NCBI GenBank assembly: GCA_976551045.1
Contig: CDPCPM010000146.1
Span: 1-64,000 of the forward strand
Direction of reading: 5' to 3'
Origin: Glaucostegus cemiculus
Taxonomy: Eukaryota
DNA: 64,000 nucleotides
Each line of letters starts with the position of its first letter. The first letter of the stretch is position 1. Below are positions 62,620 through 64,000 of this stretch, one piece after another. The notes under the pieces are model-generated. The model worked only from the letters and a program-made list of their open reading frames with translations, searched no databases and was not told the DNA's origin. Made by a program: the position numbers and the translations under genes.

Positions 62620-63200
62620 CAAATTTTTTAAATCGCAAACTGCACTTTGATCTGGCTGCTTTATCAAAAGAGTTCCATAAAGGAGATGTACAAGTTCACA
62701 ATGGTTATAAGGAAGCAAATGGTTCAAGGACCGAAGCTACGAATTTAAAGTTTGGGCAGAGGATACAAGGAGGGTTTGAGGAAAAGAATTTCTGCATATT
62801 GAGTACTTAGAGTGTTTCTTGTAGTGGTGAGAATGATCAAAGGGTTTTGGCACAATGGATGTGGAGAGGATACTTTCTCCTGTGGAACTATCAAAAACTA
62901 GGGGTCATTGTTTAAAAGCAAGGGGTCATCCACTGAAGCAGAAATGAGGCAATTTTTTTCCCCCTCAGTAAGTCATGAGTCTTTGGAACTCTCTTCTTCA
63001 AAGGGAGGTGGGAAGAGAATCTTTGAATACTTTTAAGGCAGAGGTAGATGGATGCTCGATGACCAAGAGGGTGAAAGGTTCCTCCTGATAGACAAGAAAT
63101 GCAGAGTTGAAGTTACAATTAGATTAACGATGATCTTATGAGATGACAGAACAAGCTTGAAGAGCTGGGTGACATATTCCTGCTCCTAATTTGTATCTTT
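62620..63200 (+). mobile_element. Old CR1 3' fragment
   Basis: KTRGHCLK..FF..LWNSL; ATTCCTGCTCCTAATT tail. Confidence 0.75.
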
Positions 63201-64000
63201 GAATGTTCGTAAAGTTTTCAAATGGGAAATTATCGGAACTTGAAGAAAAATAATTTGCAGAGCATGAGTAAAGAACAGGGAAATGAGACTGACAGGATAG
63301 TTCTACCAGGAACTAACACACATTCAATGAGCCAAATGGCCTTTTCGTGTTATTGTGGTTCTAGGAATTTAAAAAAAAGTTTGCATGTTAGAATGTAAAC
63401 CAAAGGCTGCAAATTGACTACAAACAACACCGACAGAAAATTGACCAGTGCTTTAATGACCTCGAGGTCTAGTCTGGAGGCACCAAACCATGCTGTTGAG
63501 AAGGTGAGATCACCTCATTGCATGAACTATTCCAATTTGTTGCTGTAACTTCAATGAACCCCTGAAGAAATGGGATAAACTTTCAACCAAAAAGATTGCA
63601 AAGATCCCAAACAGCAATTTTTATTGTGAAATACATAACAGCTGAATCTCAAAGCTTTTTCACTCATTTTGCATTGTACACTCTGACGACTGCTGTATGG
63701 GTCTGTGTAGAAATTCAGCAGGGCTGAGAGGCCTTTGAGAATTGCAGTAGGAGAGTGTAAGAATTCCCTTGGAAATTCCAAATGTTATACCCTATATATA
63801 GGCAGCTTTTCCACTGGTTGGTAAATTGGTAATGATTGGTCTCAGGATTATCCCTAGGAGAACGAAAAAGAGTTTCCCACATGTTTGGAGGAAAGGCAGG
63901 TTATTAGGTTTAGAATTGATGCTCCACAACACTGGGTCCAAATCCTGGAACTCCCAGCCAACAGCACAGTGGGAGTACCTGTACTGGAGCTGTGGTAGTT

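Overview
Eukaryotic (vertebrate) genomic DNA. The repeat inventory (CR1 LINEs, HE1-like V-SINEs, SacSINE/Deu-type SINEs, Rex1/Babar LINEs, Neptune-type Penelope elements) suggests a cartilaginous fish, probably a batoid (inference). The only host coding sequence I recognise is exon 1 of EXOSC3 (RRP40) on the minus strand at 62-273. It carries three apparent frameshifts and sits in a CpG-island promoter with three perfect CRE palindromes. The remaining ~63 kb is upstream/intergenic sequence full of nested retrotransposons, with some repeat-poor AT-rich islands that could be conserved non-coding elements. Nearly all long ORFs are retroelement fragments or their antisense shadows. Most notable: (1) small Penelope-derived insertions with decayed hammerhead-ribozyme motifs, fold-back/tandem structure and 10-17 bp TSDs; (2) two V-SINE families with the same head and core but either a CR1 tail or a Rex1/Babar-type tail; (3) a let-7-complementary 10-mer in the Rex1 3'UTR consensus; (4) two solo LTRs of one family with 5-bp TSDs; (5) a ~210-bp inverted duplication split by a very young CR1. 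All family assignments come from motif recognition, not database searches, and the boundaries of old repeats are approximate.
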